DNA from: Lama guanicoe
Taxonomy: Eukaryota
Assembly (NCBI GenBank): GCA_013239625.1
Contig: MU054400.1
Location: 2,640,282 to 2,704,281, forward strand
DNA: 64,000 bases
Reading direction: 5' to 3'
The position numbers and the translations under genes were made by a program. This document shows positions 11,060 to 24,850 of the stretch, piece after piece. The notes beneath the pieces are model-generated. The model saw nothing but the letters and a program-made list of their open reading frames with translations. It did not search any database and was not told the DNA's origin. How positions within the stretch are numbered: position 1 is the stretch's first letter; each line of letters opens with the position of its first letter.

Positions 11060-13280
11060 AGAAGTTTAAAAAAGAGGAAAAATATGATTATGGAACAAGA
11101 GACTATTAAAATCACCAACAAATATAAAATGAGCCAATTCTAAGACTGGAAAAAAAATCAGTTAATATTTACGAGGCATTGGCTGGTTTAAACATCAGAT
11201 AAACACAGCTGAAGAGAGAATAAGTGGGAATAAGTGAACTGAGAGCGAGCGAGCGAGCTGGAGGAATTTTATAGAATACAGCAAGAAAAAAAAAAGACAA
11301 AGGGCTGGAAAACATGAAACAGGTTTAACATATGTTGAATGAGAATTCAAGGAGAGAAGAGAATAAGGGAGACACAACATTCAAAGCCAAAAATGGCCTA
11401 ATACTGCAAGAATTGAAAGTATCAATTTTCAGTTGCAGGAAGCCCAGTACATCCCAAGTGGGATAAAAAAGAAAAATCCATGTCTAGAAACAACAGAGAG
11501 AAACTGTAGGATGCCACAGACAAGTATAAAAATCGAAAGATGGCAAAGAAGGGAAAAGAAAAATCAGCTAAAAAAGAATGACAATACAAAGTACAGCTGA
11601 CTTCACAATACCATCAGTGGAAGCCATTGCCTATAAAGGAATATATATAAATGCTGAATCCACATCTAGTACTTATATATTCTCTATGTTCTATAGCTAA
11701 TGAAATGGCCTTTCAAAGTTAAAGAAGACTATTTTCAGATAAACAAAAATTGTGTTTCCACCCACAGATGTCTGTCTGTAAAGGAAATTTGGAAATGAGT
11801 ATTTTAGGGAAAATAAAAATGGTCCCAAATCTGAGATGCTGGAAGGAAGGAAAAACATATAAGCTGGTAAAAATAAAAGTCAATATAAACACATATTTAT
11901 TGGGTAACATTCATAATGATTTGTGGATTAAAATAATAGAACATGAACACTGAGAAAGAGTGGCATATAAGTCAATTGTAGAGGGGATTAAAGTTAAGGT
12001 ATTCTGAAGTTCTTGGATTCTTTGTGACAAAGCTGAAGAGAGTGATCAGTTTTGGATTTTTTAGGTTAGATTTTTATGGTAAAAATTTTAGGGAAACACC
12101 ACCCCTCAAAAAAGAAAGAAAAATACCTTGTGTAATTTTCAGATGACTAGAGTGAAATTTTGTTTTTTTGCAGTTTAACTTTTTATTTTAATAAAATCAG
12201 AATATGCACAGCACATGCAGTGCTAGCATCTAAACTAATACAATAAGCAATTACTAAAGCTAGAGCGACTTGAGGTTCAGTCTTTACACTCAGTGAAAAA
12301 TTGAAATGGGATAAAAATGGAGTCAGTATAAGAAGGGTCAAGAAAGAAGAGAGAGAAAAAAAGAGAAAAATTAGAATAGGCAGCATGAAAGCAAATGATA
12401 GATATAAATCCAAATACTAGTATTCCAATCAACACCAGTGAAAAATCAATCTGATAAAAGACAAAGATTGTCAGATTGAATTAAAAATCTTTATGCTATT
12501 AATAAAAACACAAATATAGGGACAAAGAAATGTTGAAAATAAGAAGATGGAAAAAACTTGTACCAGGTAAGTAGCAATGAAAAAAGTTGGTGTAATTAAA
12601 TTAATGAAATAGACCTAAAACAATATTTAGCAGAGCAAAGTGAGCCACTACATGCGTATAAAAGATTCAGTTCACTGGGAGATTTAAAATTCTACACTTG
12701 TATACTTTTAATTAAGTGGCCACAATATATCTAAAGCCCAAGTGGATAAAAGCACAAGGAGTAAAAGACAGATACATTACCACACTGGGAGATTTTCACT
12801 CACCAATTTTAGTAATGAAACAGATTTTAAAAAGTCAGTAAACATATAGAATATTTGAATAGTACAATTAAACTTGACTGAATGGACATGTTTATAGTTA
12901 ATTCTGAAATGCACATTTTTATGTGCATATGGATGCTCTATGAAAACAATCACCTAATAGGTCACAAAGAACATGTTAGCAGATCTCAAGGGATTGACAA
13001 CATATACAGCATGCTATCTGACCACAAAATAAATGTTTTTGTTATCTGTTTACACTCAAAAAAGATGAGTAGAAAAATTAATAAGTGTGAAATTTTAAAA
13101 AATTACTAATTAACCCATGAGTTAAAAAAATCATAATGTAAATAAGAATATATATGGAATGAAACATTAATACAATTTTGAAACTTATGAGATGCAGCTA
13201 AACTAGGATTTGGAGGTAAATTTAAAGCTACATATTTGCATTTAAGAAAAAAAGGCTAAAAATTAACAAGGCAAGCAGGA
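11060..13280 (+). mobile_element. Ancient degenerate L1 (ORF1 to ORF2 endonuclease region)
   Basis: Strong A-rich strand bias with L1M remnants ('aaagacaaagattgtcagattga', 'ctgggagattttc', 'tctgaccacaa', 'gagatgcagctaaa'); no intact ORF. Confidence 0.7.
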
Positions 13281-13689
13281 ATTTGTTCACTTCACCAAAC
13301 TTTTTAACTTCTTTTGTCATAAAGAGATAATCTTTTAAAGCTGTGATTTTATAAATTCTCCCTTGTCTCTCAAAACCCGTTTGAACAAAGAAGGTGAGAT
13401 TAAGGCTTCAGATCCTTCAGGTGGCAGGGAGGGGGCTGTGGTGTGGCAAGATGGGGCCACTGGAAGTTAGGAAATGCACCTGGGGTGGAGAGGACTGGTG
13501 GGATGTATGCCCTGTCCTGGAGACAGGTTTAATGTAGGTCCTAAAGACTGAGAATCAAATATCAGATGATGTCACACCAGGAGAGCCAGACCACCCCCAT
13601 CCCATGTCCCGGGGAGCTTGGTGTACATTTCATAATAGCTGTGTGAGAAAACAATAGCAAACACTTACTAACATCTACCATGAGCCAAA

Positions 13690-14140
13690 CCTTTGAAGAA
13701 TTTCCCTACACCATTTAGGACTCATTACAAGCAACAGAAAACTCAAGTGGTTCAAATCATGGGAGAATTTGTTGTCTCCCGTACTTGTCAAGGTCTGAGG
13801 TGAGGGGTTGGTTGGTTCTCCGGCCTCGCGCTGTCATCAGGGATGTGGCTTGTGTCCTCTGTCACTCTCTCAGTGCTGCTTCCTCTGGGCCGCTGCTTCG
13901 TCCTCAGACTGGCAGCCAGCTCTCCGCCATTGGTTCCTGGGACCACATGCTCCCATATCCCATCTGTAGCTTCTCTTTCTTCCACTGGCCGAATAAACCT
14001 TCACTTAGGGCACCAGTTCACCCTGAATCAGTCCTTGTGATGAGGGTGATGCTGTGCTCTGAGCTGCCCATCTTGAACCAGTCACTGTGATGGGGTGATG
14101 GAGTGGAGGAGGGGGGCTTAGGCAGAACCAACTGGGGCCT
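13690..14140 (-). mobile_element. MLT1J/K-like LTR
   Basis: 'caagcaacagaaaactcaagtggttcaaa...gcccatcttgaaccagtcactgtg'. Confidence 0.5.
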
Positions 14141-14401
14141 GAGCATGGAGCCGGGGTGGAGATAACCCCTCCCAGACCCTACGGCTTCTCCACAGAGGGT
14201 GGGCTAAGTGCTGGGGAGTGAACCATAATACCTACCACTCCACAGACTCTGGGTTGAAGGAACTGTGGCCCTCGGAGGTCTGGTAATTTTAGGTTGATTA
14301 AAAGAACTGTCACACTACAGAGCAAAGCCCGCCACAGACTTCTGTAGCTCTCAGCAATGGGTGGAGCAACCCAGCCTGGGGAGGCAGACCTCAAATACTA
14401 A

Positions 14402-14935
14402 TGTAGTTGTACCTCTGCCAGCTCTGGGCCTGTTTGTTCTCACACCCTTTCCTCATCCTTCTGTTCTGCATCTGAGAGGGACAAATGTCCAGAGCCTGCC
14501 CTTCCCAGGCTCTGGGCTCAGTTGGCTCCTAGCTGAGTTTTGCCAATGGGAGGCGCTGTTAGGAGGTGGGAGGGTAGAAAAGTGGGAGGAACCAAGGTAT
14601 TCCTCCCCACTGTGTGCCGCCGGCAGCAGCCAGCAGTGGTAACATCTCCTCTGAGTCCATGACTTCAAATCCCACTGTGTAATTCCAGGGCTGGTGTGAT
14701 TCCAGAATCCTCCCAGCATCCTTGCCCCACAGGTCCTGCTAACGCTTCAGCTGGTCCCTCCAGCCAAAGTGTGGCAGCAACTCCCTGTGGTTGCCAATCT
14801 CTGGGTCGTACCACCATCTCCTTTTGGCTTCTCAGCACCTCCATTCTCTTCCTTCCCCTGTGTCACGAATTCCCAGCACTAAATCTCTTGGTTTAAAACC
14901 TTAAGAGAGTTTTCTCTTTTCCTGGTTGTTCCTAA
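14402..14935 (+). mobile_element. Old ERVL solo LTR
   Basis: 'agctgagttttgccaatgggaggcgctg...ggtttaaaaccttaagagagttttctcttttcctg'; related opposite-strand fragment at about 200-600. Confidence 0.5.
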
Positions 14936-16243
14936 GCTTTGAATATTTTTCCAGCCTAGTATGGCCTGGAGAATCAAGGGTTACGTGTTGAACCAGATTC
15001 AGCTGAGACCTCCAGGGTGTTACTGACCCAAAGTCTACACTTCAGTAAGCAGCTCTCTATTCAAAATTAAAATACATCTTCTTTACTCTTTCCCCTCATC
15101 TTTGGAGTCAGGGGTTGAGGGGATGGTGTCCTTGGGGATGAGGTATTATGATTGTCAATAGCAATAATGACAACTGATGGAACGTTTAGGTTTGATTTAC
15201 AAGTAAGGCTGGATTTGCATTAGCATGGTAGGTTTAAAATAACGTCCGTGCATTAGATGATATTCAGATTTAATGGAAAAATAATGACTGCATTAAATCA
15301 GGTTTTATTGTTATGGAGGGTTTTAATTTGGCAGGACCACTTTCCTTTTGTGATCTAGAAAGGGCTCAGTTGAGGAAGGTGGGGCTTTCATGCTGATTCT
15401 TGACCTATATCCATTCTGCGCTCACCCAGAAATGATTGTACCTTTTAAATAGGTTAACCTTTTTCTTTCCTTTTTTAAAAAATTTTTTTCTCAGAAGATG
15501 GTTTACTTATTAAAACCCTGCAGATTAATTTAAAATAATAAAAATTAAACAGAAGTCATTGTTCTTCCTTGCTTTATGAAATGGAGTTTCCATTGTGGGT
15601 TTTTTTCTTTTTAAATAGGAAACGCATCATGAAAGTCATTGCATTATTTATCAGAGAAGCTAATGAAATCATAACTGCAGTAACTGAGTACATGCAGCAC
15701 AGCGCTGGTTTGAAACACTGCCTATAAAACCCCAGTTAATCACTGTGGGACCAATGCCTTTTATACTTTTGCTCCTGAAACCAAAATCATTGCAGTGTTT
15801 GTGTAAAGGCCTCAAAATTCTTGGTAAGAAAGTCACAGTTACAGGATGGTGGTAAAATTTGGTCAATTTGCTAGCCAGAGTCAGGAGCAATAGTAGATTT
15901 TAATGGGACCTCAAAAGATGTTGAAAAGATTGCTTCCATCTTGCTTGTCTCTTACTGCAATGTTACCTGTTAATTTATTGATCTTTCCTCCTGTCTAAGT
16001 CAGTGTTATTGCAGGGATAAAAACTATAGCTGCAGAGAGAGAGAGAGGAAACCACAGCAAACACATAAACCAGTTTGTAGTTTTACAAAGGGGGTTTTGA
16101 AGATAAGGACATAAGTGACTTGAAAATCTGAGTCCTTCCTGGTTACCTCACTGCCTCCCTAATTGTGGCGTGGCATGCCTTGGAGGCAGGGTCTGGAAGT
16201 TCAGAAAGGTTTGGGAGTCACAGGGCAAAAAGAATCTAAAGAG

Positions 16244-16796
16244 AGAGGGTTTTATGTGGTATGTGTATATATGTATATACGCGCACACAATGGAATATTA
16301 CTCAGCCATAAAAAAGAAATGAAATACTGCCATTTGCAGCAACATGGATGGACGTAGAGATTATCATATTAAGTGAAATAAATCAGAGAAAGACAAATAT
16401 CATAGGATACCTCTTTTATGTGGAATCTAAAAAATGATATAAATGAACTTATTTACCAACCAGAAATTGACTCACAGACATACAAAACAAATTTATGGTT
16501 ACCAAAGGGGGAAGTGGGGTGGGGAGAGGGATAAATTGGGAATTTGGGATTAGCAGATAGAAACAACTATATATAAAATAGATAAACAACAAGGACCTAC
16601 TGTATAGCACAGGGAACTATCAATAATATATAATATATTATCTTGTGATAATATATTATAATAATATAATACTCTGTGATAATTTATAATGAAAAAGAAT
16701 CTGAAAAAGAATATATATGTATGTGTTTAACCAAATCACTTTGCTGTACACCTGAAACCAACACAACATTGTAAATCAATTATACTTCAATTAAAA
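16244..16796 (+). mobile_element. 5'-truncated artiodactyl L1
   Basis: L1 3'UTR and poly(A); 17-bp TSD AAAAAGAATCTAAAGAG at 16227-16243 and 16797-16813. Confidence 0.9.
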
Positions 16797-17239
16797 AAAA
16801 AGAATCTAAAGAGGTGATCTTTTCCTGGGCTGGAGGAGGTCTCCCCTCTCTGTCTTCCATATCAATATCCCACCCACTCCGTTGTCCTCCTCTGTGCTCC
16901 TGCATGTGTCATTTCCTCTGTTCTTCACTCGTCATCTCTCTTCCCAGTATTTCCTGATGTAGAGGAGCATGAGGCCTGGCATATGGGCTTTTATGGGCAT
17001 GAGCACAAACCCAAGCCTCTGGGAAGGCCCTTAGGTGAGCACTGGAGGATTGCTAGCATCCCGCTGAGGCTGTTGGTGGCCGTGGCTAGGGAGTGGGCTG
17101 GAATCTCATTGCTCCTCATTTAGCACTAGCAGTGGCTTTACATTCTTAGTCCCTTCTTAGTCTGGTCCATTCTTAGCTCTTTGCTTGACCCGGTAGCTCC
17201 CCCAGCCTGTCTCCTCCCTCCACACTCTCCTGGTATGAC

Positions 17240-17620
17240 ATCCTGTGGTCCCAGGGGCACACTTGACCCTAGCTGAACCAAAGAGGGCCTTCCTAGGTCA
17301 TGTGGACTTGGGGCTCACTTTAAGATCTGTCTCTCTCCAGGTGGTGAATGAACTATAGGTATAACATCTGGGAGCTTTTAGAGACCTTGCCTAGAGGGTC
17401 AAAAAAAGAATGAAGCTGATATGTGGAGACAAGTCGAGTTGAAAGATGGTCTGAGTGTACTTGACTGCTTTTGCTCTGGAGGCCTAGCTGCAAACACCTG
17501 CCCTGAGTGCAGCCTGGGGATGTGGTTTTCCTTGGATTCTAAACTGAGATCCAATTCATTTCCTTTTATGCTGTAGATCTCACTGGGTATCTGTCACTGC
17601 AACCACAAAGGGCCTTAAGT
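17240..17620 (+). mobile_element. MLT1-family LTR fragment
   Basis: Ends 'gggtatctgtcactgcaaccacaaag'. Confidence 0.45.
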
Positions 17621-20600
17621 TTACACCTTCATGGACTGATTGATGGCTTCATCCATTCATGGTGTAAGCGCACGTTCAAGAATGTTTACAGGTACCCACT
17701 AAGTGGCACCCTTTATAGGCTCTCCTTTCCATATCTTGCTCATGTTATCCAATCTTTTTGTATTTTCCTCTTTATTGTGTAGTTTTGTCTATGTCAGATT
17801 GATAGAGAAAAATTACTTTTAACAGCTATTTTAGTTTAGATAGATTGGAAAGAAGAATTGATAAGGGGGGATGTCTAGGGTATGAGTTTATGTTGGGTCT
17901 TTGGAGGAAGGACTCTGCTGCGGCTTTGTGTATGTGTGATTAACTCATCTGTCACCAAGATTCATAGTACATTATAATTCTCTGGAAGCTACCAAAGAGA
18001 GGACGTACTCCTTGTTCTTGAGATGCTTACAGTGAAGGAAGTAGGAAAGGATCAAGATAAATATTCAGCACTCGCAAATAAGAAGGGGAGGTATACCTAA
18101 AGGGAAAGGCTTTGGACTGCCTAATGGATGCTAGCTCCTCTTGCTAAAGAAGATCAGTTTGCACTGTTATAGCACTTACCAGTCAGAGACCTCAAGGTGT
18201 ATGATAAATGCTGCTTACCCATAGCTCACCATCCCTTGGGTACCAGAGATGTAGAATACAGAATAACCAGGGGCCAGAAGGGATGGAAAACATGCTTTAT
18301 AGATGTCCAGGAGGAGTTAGATGAGAGAACGTAATGACCTGTACTGGAATTGGGCCACAATAGCAGAAGTGAATACCAGACTTTTGATCCACGATGATGA
18401 TAATATCACTCTGTCAGCTCAAATATGAAGGAGTATCAAGGTTAGTTTCATTGCCCATTTCACCACACATATTTCTTTTGCATGAAAATGTTTTAATTTT
18501 GAATTCCTCAGAATCACTATTTGCAGGCTAGATGCTTCCTGCAAAGCCTGCATCCAGTCCATCTCTTCTCCATCATCTGAAGACATCTTCCCACTCGCCT
18601 GAAACTCCTGACCTTTCCCTGTTGTGCTGCCCTGGGCCTGCATAAGTGATGAGCGAGGGAATCTGTCCCCACAGGGACTTCAGAGAAGACAGATGATGAT
18701 GCATTCCTCTTTGTGTTCTTCCCGTTTCCCTCCTTTCCTCACTTCCGACTTGGACTTCTCATAACTTTTCCAGGTGCTGCCTCATTCCACAGCATCTTTC
18801 CCCATCTCTTCCCCAGTTCAACAATCTCTGAAGACTTGAGAAATTCAAGTTGATCAGAAAGGTCATTTGTGATCGGATTGCACTCAGACATCGGTCCTTT
18901 AAGCAAATCTAAGTAAAGTGGATACAAACTTCACAATTCTCCAGATCAGAAGTAAGTAATGGAATCTTTTTTTAAATAATACAATTTTTATTTCTGGTCT
19001 TAAGCTTACACTTTTTCTGGATGTCATTACTTCAAGGTAAGCTCTGTGAACTTTTGTAATTTCTGTCACTTCAGGTTAAAAAAATAGCTACTTTTGCATT
19101 TCCCCCTTTTTTGATAAACTTCATTGCTCCTCAATTAGTGTCAAGCTTTAGGAAGAAGGCTATTCACTCAAATGTCCCTGGGTCACTCCTTGGTCTCTAC
19201 CTGCTGGTGTTTTCCGCTGCCAGCCCTTAAGGTGCACCTTGTGTTACTTGCTCCTTAGAATTGGCCTCTTCGGTCCAGTGGCCTGCTGGGCTGTAGCCTT
19301 GTGTTTCTCAGACCCTGGGTGGGGTAGTTGAAAGGGAGAAGACTCCAGTTCTGACTCATAAATCTAGGTTCTAATTCTCTCTCTCTCTTTTTAACCTCAA
19401 CCCCTAGCTTTTGAGCTTTATACTTAAGAATTGTGTGTCTCTGTTCTGTTTTCTTTCTGGCCCTCTAAACCCTCCTTCCACCCCCAGAAGATAGATATGG
19501 ATTTTGTAGCCCAAGGGAGGGATGATAAAGGGAAAAGGGAAAAAGCATCCTAATTAATGTCTCAATGTATCTTCATTTCAAATAAGCCAAATTCTTTGAT
19601 TGTATACATTTTAGATGCAAAGTAAAATCTAAGGACTTGCTAGAAATGATTTGTTTTAGTCAGAGCTTTTAGAAAGGCCCAGTATAGAACTTCCTATTTT
19701 CTTACAAGAACCAGTAGGCTGCGTGGGTGGGAGTACGAGTAGGGTCAGCTGAAGTTACCCAGTGTGTACTCACGACTGGGGCTATGCTCAGAAATCAGGG
19801 TGTCCCTTAGTCACAAACAGAGAATCCTGTTTCATCCATTATCAGCCCATTATCACAAGTGAAATGCTAGATCACAGTGACAAAACTCACAGAATGGAAA
19901 GTTGTCAGGTTTGATGATGGTGTATTTAAGGCAGAGGTCCAGAGGTCACCCACAGTAGGAAGAAATATGTCACATCTACCTTCATGATATGAATGACATT
20001 ATTAGGTAGAAACATATGAGACTGTTTTTACCAACCAAGAAAGGAGGGAAAAATACATCTCCAGTGCTAACATTTGTATTACCTGTATGCTTATATCCCG
20101 TGGCCCCTTATTAGTGACACTGGAGGATTCCAACTCCTGTTGCTACCCAGGTGGCCCATTTGAACTTGATTCTTGCTCCTAGGAACCTTTGTTTGATGTA
20201 TTTTCTCTTGAATTCCAGCGTTTAAAAAATTTAACAGCTTAAAACCTTCTGTTGGCTGAAACATCTCTGTCTTGCACAATTATCATTTTTTAAGTTTTGC
20301 AACCCATATAATCAGAACAAAACTCACACAGCTTAGCACTAAGATAGAAAAGGTAGATTACATGTGAGGACAAGAGGAATGGTCAATACTGGATGATTGT
20401 GGTGTAGGGAAGGGTGAGGGAAGAGAGACCACGGTCAGATCAAAGGAAGGAAGGCAGTGCCTACAGGATACTTATTAAATTATCTCAAGGTGAGCTCAGA
20501 GATGGCATTATTTCTGAGATGGCTTTTTCATAAACTGCATATCTAGTAGTAAATTGCTTCTGGAAGCTGTATTAGCATGGCTGGTCACCAAGCTAGTAAA

Positions 20601-22249
20601 GGCACGCTGAATGACTATACTTTCATCTCAGTATCCAACTTACATGAGAATGCAGCATGTTCCAAAGTAGTTCTGCTAAACATCAGTTCTGCTAGAGGTT
20701 AAAGGACAAATAATAACAAAATGATCATTTATAGGCAGCAGAAGTTGACCCTGCATGACTTACAGAAACACGAAGGTGAATTGAATGAATTCTTAAATTC
20801 GCAGTCACAATGGGAATCCTGAAGAGCAGGTTGAGAAAATGGTCAGGCGTCAAGGGAGGGTTAGGTGGCCAGAATCACAGCCAAAATCATGCCAGGCGCT
20901 CAGCCTGGTGGGGACAGCACTGCCACTGCACCTGCAGACACAACACTTTCCTTACATCACCAGTGGCTCTCTGCTTTGAACCTTGTGCCTATCATAGCCA
21001 CCGGAATGAGTCTCTCTTGCTGCTGCTTCTCTGTCGCTTACTCCAGAATCAGAATCCCAGGGGAAGCCGCCAACTGGCCCTGGTTTCCATGAAGTGAGGC
21101 AGGGTGAGACCATCTATCTGCCTTTTCACCTTCTGTAGTGAGAGATGGGCTTTGCCTCCCAGTAAGACTCACACAGTTGGGAATTCCCTAAATGTAGGAA
21201 GGTGCTTCAGATGCCTGGCAGCCAAAAAAAAAATGATAAATGACAACAGGGTAGTATATAGGAAAAGGTTCCATATTCAATTAATTTTGGGAATTGCCAG
21301 ATGTAACAGATTTCTTTACCACAGGGCTTTTAATGTGATTGCAAACATGGTGAGAGACTATAGGACGCCTTTCCTCTTTATCATCCTGTGTGAATACTCC
21401 ATGCAACACATGCATGAATCACTACTCTAAAGCAACCAACGACAGGACTTTTTTTTTTCACACTTAACCTCAGCAAACCAGTCTCTTTACTGACACATGT
21501 CGTATAGTGAGGCATGCAAATTAGCACTGCCTTTTGGGAAACTTTCACGCTGAACTGCTGCCTCACGGCTGGTTTCTTCTTCATGATGAAGGTAGCATTA
21601 CTATGAAAGGTTAGCAGCACCCACCAGAGCTTTCCCATCTTGGGTGCACAGTCTTGGGTTTAGTCTTCGAGGTATTTCACCGCCACACACTTCTCCTCCC
21701 TGAAGCGTTTCCATTTGTTCTTGGCACATTTTCCAACTTGCCTGAAGCAGTTAATGCAGCTTTAGAAAATGTCTCAGGGAGTGGCTTATGTCTGAGAGAC
21801 CCTGGCTCTGCGTCTAGTAGAGGTGGAGGCTGCCAAGATTCAAATTCTCTGATAACACAAAACAAATGTCCTGCTTATTTTTGTAAGTACAACAATGTAA
21901 GAACACTTAATTCAACAACCAAACAATGAATGACCTTTAAGCTATGTTCAGCATAGGAAATTACTCCTATCTGTATTCATAGACGATGTCTAAACTTTAG
22001 GGGAGAGTCATATTTTTTATTTGAAGACTGGTAAACTGGAGATCATATCTACACATGCAAATCCAAGCCTTAGCTCTCTAGGCAGTAGAGGTAAATACAA
22101 GTTATGTGCTTGACATAAGTCAGCACTGAAAGTTTAGTTTTTAAAAAATTCCATCATTTAAGCTTTCTTTTTTCAAACTTCCCAACTTATTACTTTCTTA
22201 TTATCCTTTAGCTTTTATATGATACAAAGCCAGTGCTATGAGATAGAGC

Positions 22250-23120
22250 CATTTATTCAAAAATACATATTTGAGGCCTCTATGTGAAAGGCGTTGTGCT
22301 AGGTGTAGGGGGTAAAATAGTAAATAGGACATATTTCATGCCTTTAAGAGCTTACACACACTGTGAATTTATTTATTTAAGACTTTCTTAAGATTTACTA
22401 TCATTTAGGCATAGCGCTAGGAGCTCAGGATAAAGGAATGAACAAGAAAATAAAGGTTTCTATTCTTGGAAACGTAGATGTATTGGGGGAAACTGATATT
22501 AAATCACACATTGCATAATTCTTTATAGACTCATACTTGCGGTCATAGGCACAAAGGATATGAGCACAGGGCTATGGGGATACGATGGAACACATTCTCT
22601 GAGGAAGTGGCCTGTGAGCTGTGCTCTGAAGGATGAGCAGGAATAAACGTGTTGGAGACATGGATGGGGATATGCAGGCAGAAATTAGAGTTCTGGAGCA
22701 GAAGAAACTTTTGCTGGTGTTAGGGGAACAGTGGCCCAAAATGGGAGTAGAAGTGGGCAGGGCCTCACCAGGCAGAGTCTTGGAGACCAGGAGATAATTT
22801 TGGTTTTTATGCTAAGTGCAATGGGAAGGTACCAAGGAAGTTTCATCAGGGGGATGACATAATCAAATATGCAATTTAGAAAGACCGTTCTTGCCCTGCG
22901 TGTTGAATGGTTTGTAAGGGCAATAGTGGAGGCAGAAATATCAGTGGGAAGGTTATTCCACTAATCCAAGTGGGAAATTATAGTTGGTTGCACTAGAGTA
23001 AGGGTGGAAGAGATGATGGTAAGAGATGATTAGATACAGGAGCTATAAAGGAATCTGAAACAGTAGGACTTCATGTTAATTGGATCCAAGAATTATTTAG
23101 GAGAAAGTCAAGTAGATTGC
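22250..23120 (-). mobile_element. L2 fragments
   Basis: 'atttattcaaaaatacatatttgagg...tgtgctaggtg', 'ctaagtgcaatgggaagg...gacataatcaaat...tagaaagacc'. Confidence 0.7.
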
Positions 23121-23519
23121 CAAATGCAGTATGGCGGGCCACATGATTTTACAAGAGAGTATAGAAGCACCTGGCTAGTCACTGGCCGTCAGCAAAGGTG
23201 TATACAAAGAAATAGATGACCTCAAGTTGTACACAGCTTATTTGAATAGACTGGATATAAATACTGAAAAGTCAGCTCACAGTCAAGGCAGTAAATACCA
23301 AGCATCAAGTAAGTGATGCATGCACTGTGGGTTATAGGTATTCACAGATCGCTGGTAGATAGAGGCAGCCCTGGAAAATGTCATCAACACATAACACCAG
23401 CTGGACTCAGGTAGCGAAAGGGAGAAGAGCAATCCTGGTAGAGAGAACACATGGGAGAAGGTGAGGAGGAAGTAAGAATAGATGTAGCATGTTTAGGGAG
23501 TATCAAGTAGATCAGTTGT

Positions 23520-24580
23520 ATCAAAATAGGTTGCCTTTTTGTTTTGTTGATCATTTCTTTTGTTGTGCAGAGGCGTTTTCATTTGATGTAGACCAGTTTG
23601 TTGATTTTTGCTTTTGTGGCTTGTGCTTTTGGTGTCATGTCCAAAAAATCATTGCCAAAATCTGTATCAAGGAGCTTTTCCCCTATGTTTTCTTTTAGGA
23701 ATTTTATGGTTTCAATTCTTATGTATAAGTCTTTATCAATTTCCAGATAGTTTTGTGAGTGACGTAAGATAGGGATCCGATTTTATTCTTCTGCATGTGA
23801 ATCCAGTTTTCTCAACACTGTTTACTGAAGAGACTATGCTTTTCCCATTGAGTATACTTGGCTCCCTTGTCAAATATTAGTTGACCATGTAGGCAAGGGC
23901 TTATTTCCGGGCTTTTGATTCTGTTCCATGGGTCTATGTGTCTTATTTTTATGCCAATACCATACTCTTTTGATTACTGTAGTTGTGCTGTTGAATTCAG
24001 TTTGCTTATTTTTGTTGAGGATTTTTGCAATTATATTAATCAGGGATATTGGTCTGCAGTGTTTTGTTTTGTTTTTAAACCTTGTAGTGTCCTTATCTGG
24101 CTTTAGTATCTTAAGTATCAGGGTTATGCTGGCCTTGTAAAATGAGTTTGAGAGTGTTCCCCCTTTTAAATTTTTGGAAGACTTTGAGAAGGATTAGTGT
24201 TAATTATTCTTTAAATATTTGGCAGAATTCACTAGTAAAACCATCTGGTCCTGGAGTTTTTAATTGTTGAGAGGTTTTTGATTACTGATCTGATCTCCTT
24301 ACTTGTTATGGGTCTGTTCAGATTTTCCATTTCTTTCCAATTCGGTCTTGGTAGGCTGTGTATTTCTAGGGATATCTATTTCTCCTAGGTTATCCAATTT
24401 GTTTGTGTGTAACTGTTAATAGTAGTCTCTTATGACCCTTTGTATTTCTGTGGTGTCAGTTGTAATGTCTCCTTTTTCACTTTTGATTTTATTTAAGTAC
24501 TCTTTATTTTTTCCTACTTAGTTTAGCTAAAGTTTTGTCAGTTTTGTTTATCTTTTTAGAGATAGTTCTTAGTTTTGTTT
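23520..24580 (-). mobile_element. L1 ORF2 fragments (L1MA/MB-like)
   Basis: 'ttgttgtgcagaggcgttttcatttgatgtag...ccagttttctcaacac...ggccttgtaaaatgagtttgagagtgttccc...ccatctggtcctgg'. Confidence 0.85.
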
Positions 24581-24584
24581 GAAA

Positions 24585-24850
24585 TATCACACCCTCAGAG
24601 AAGCTGTCCTCATCATCCCTCCTGAAGCAGCCTTTCCTTCTGTTATTGTCCATCCCATGCTCCTGTGTATTTCCCTCACACTGTTAACCATAACCCACAA
24701 ACATTCCAAATGTTCACGTGTTTAATGTCTGCCTTGCCCACTAGAATGCAAGCTCCATGAGTGAAGGGCTTTTTGTATTGCTCTTTGTATCCTTGACCTT
24801 TAAGGCAGTGGCCAGTTGGGGCTCAGTATACACTTGGATGAAAAGGAGAT
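24585..24850 (+). mobile_element. L2 3' end
   Basis: 'ctagaatgcaagctccatgag...ttgtatcc'. Confidence 0.6.

Noticed and set aside
18419..18927. Minus-strand ORFs with 'EEMDWMQALQEA', reminiscent of a PH-domain terminal helix
   Set aside because: No preceding PH beta-strands, no consistent exon structure, and a stop between the two ORFs.
20720..21430. Several overlapping 75-108 aa ORFs
   Set aside because: No recognisable homology or coherent splice pattern; expected by chance.
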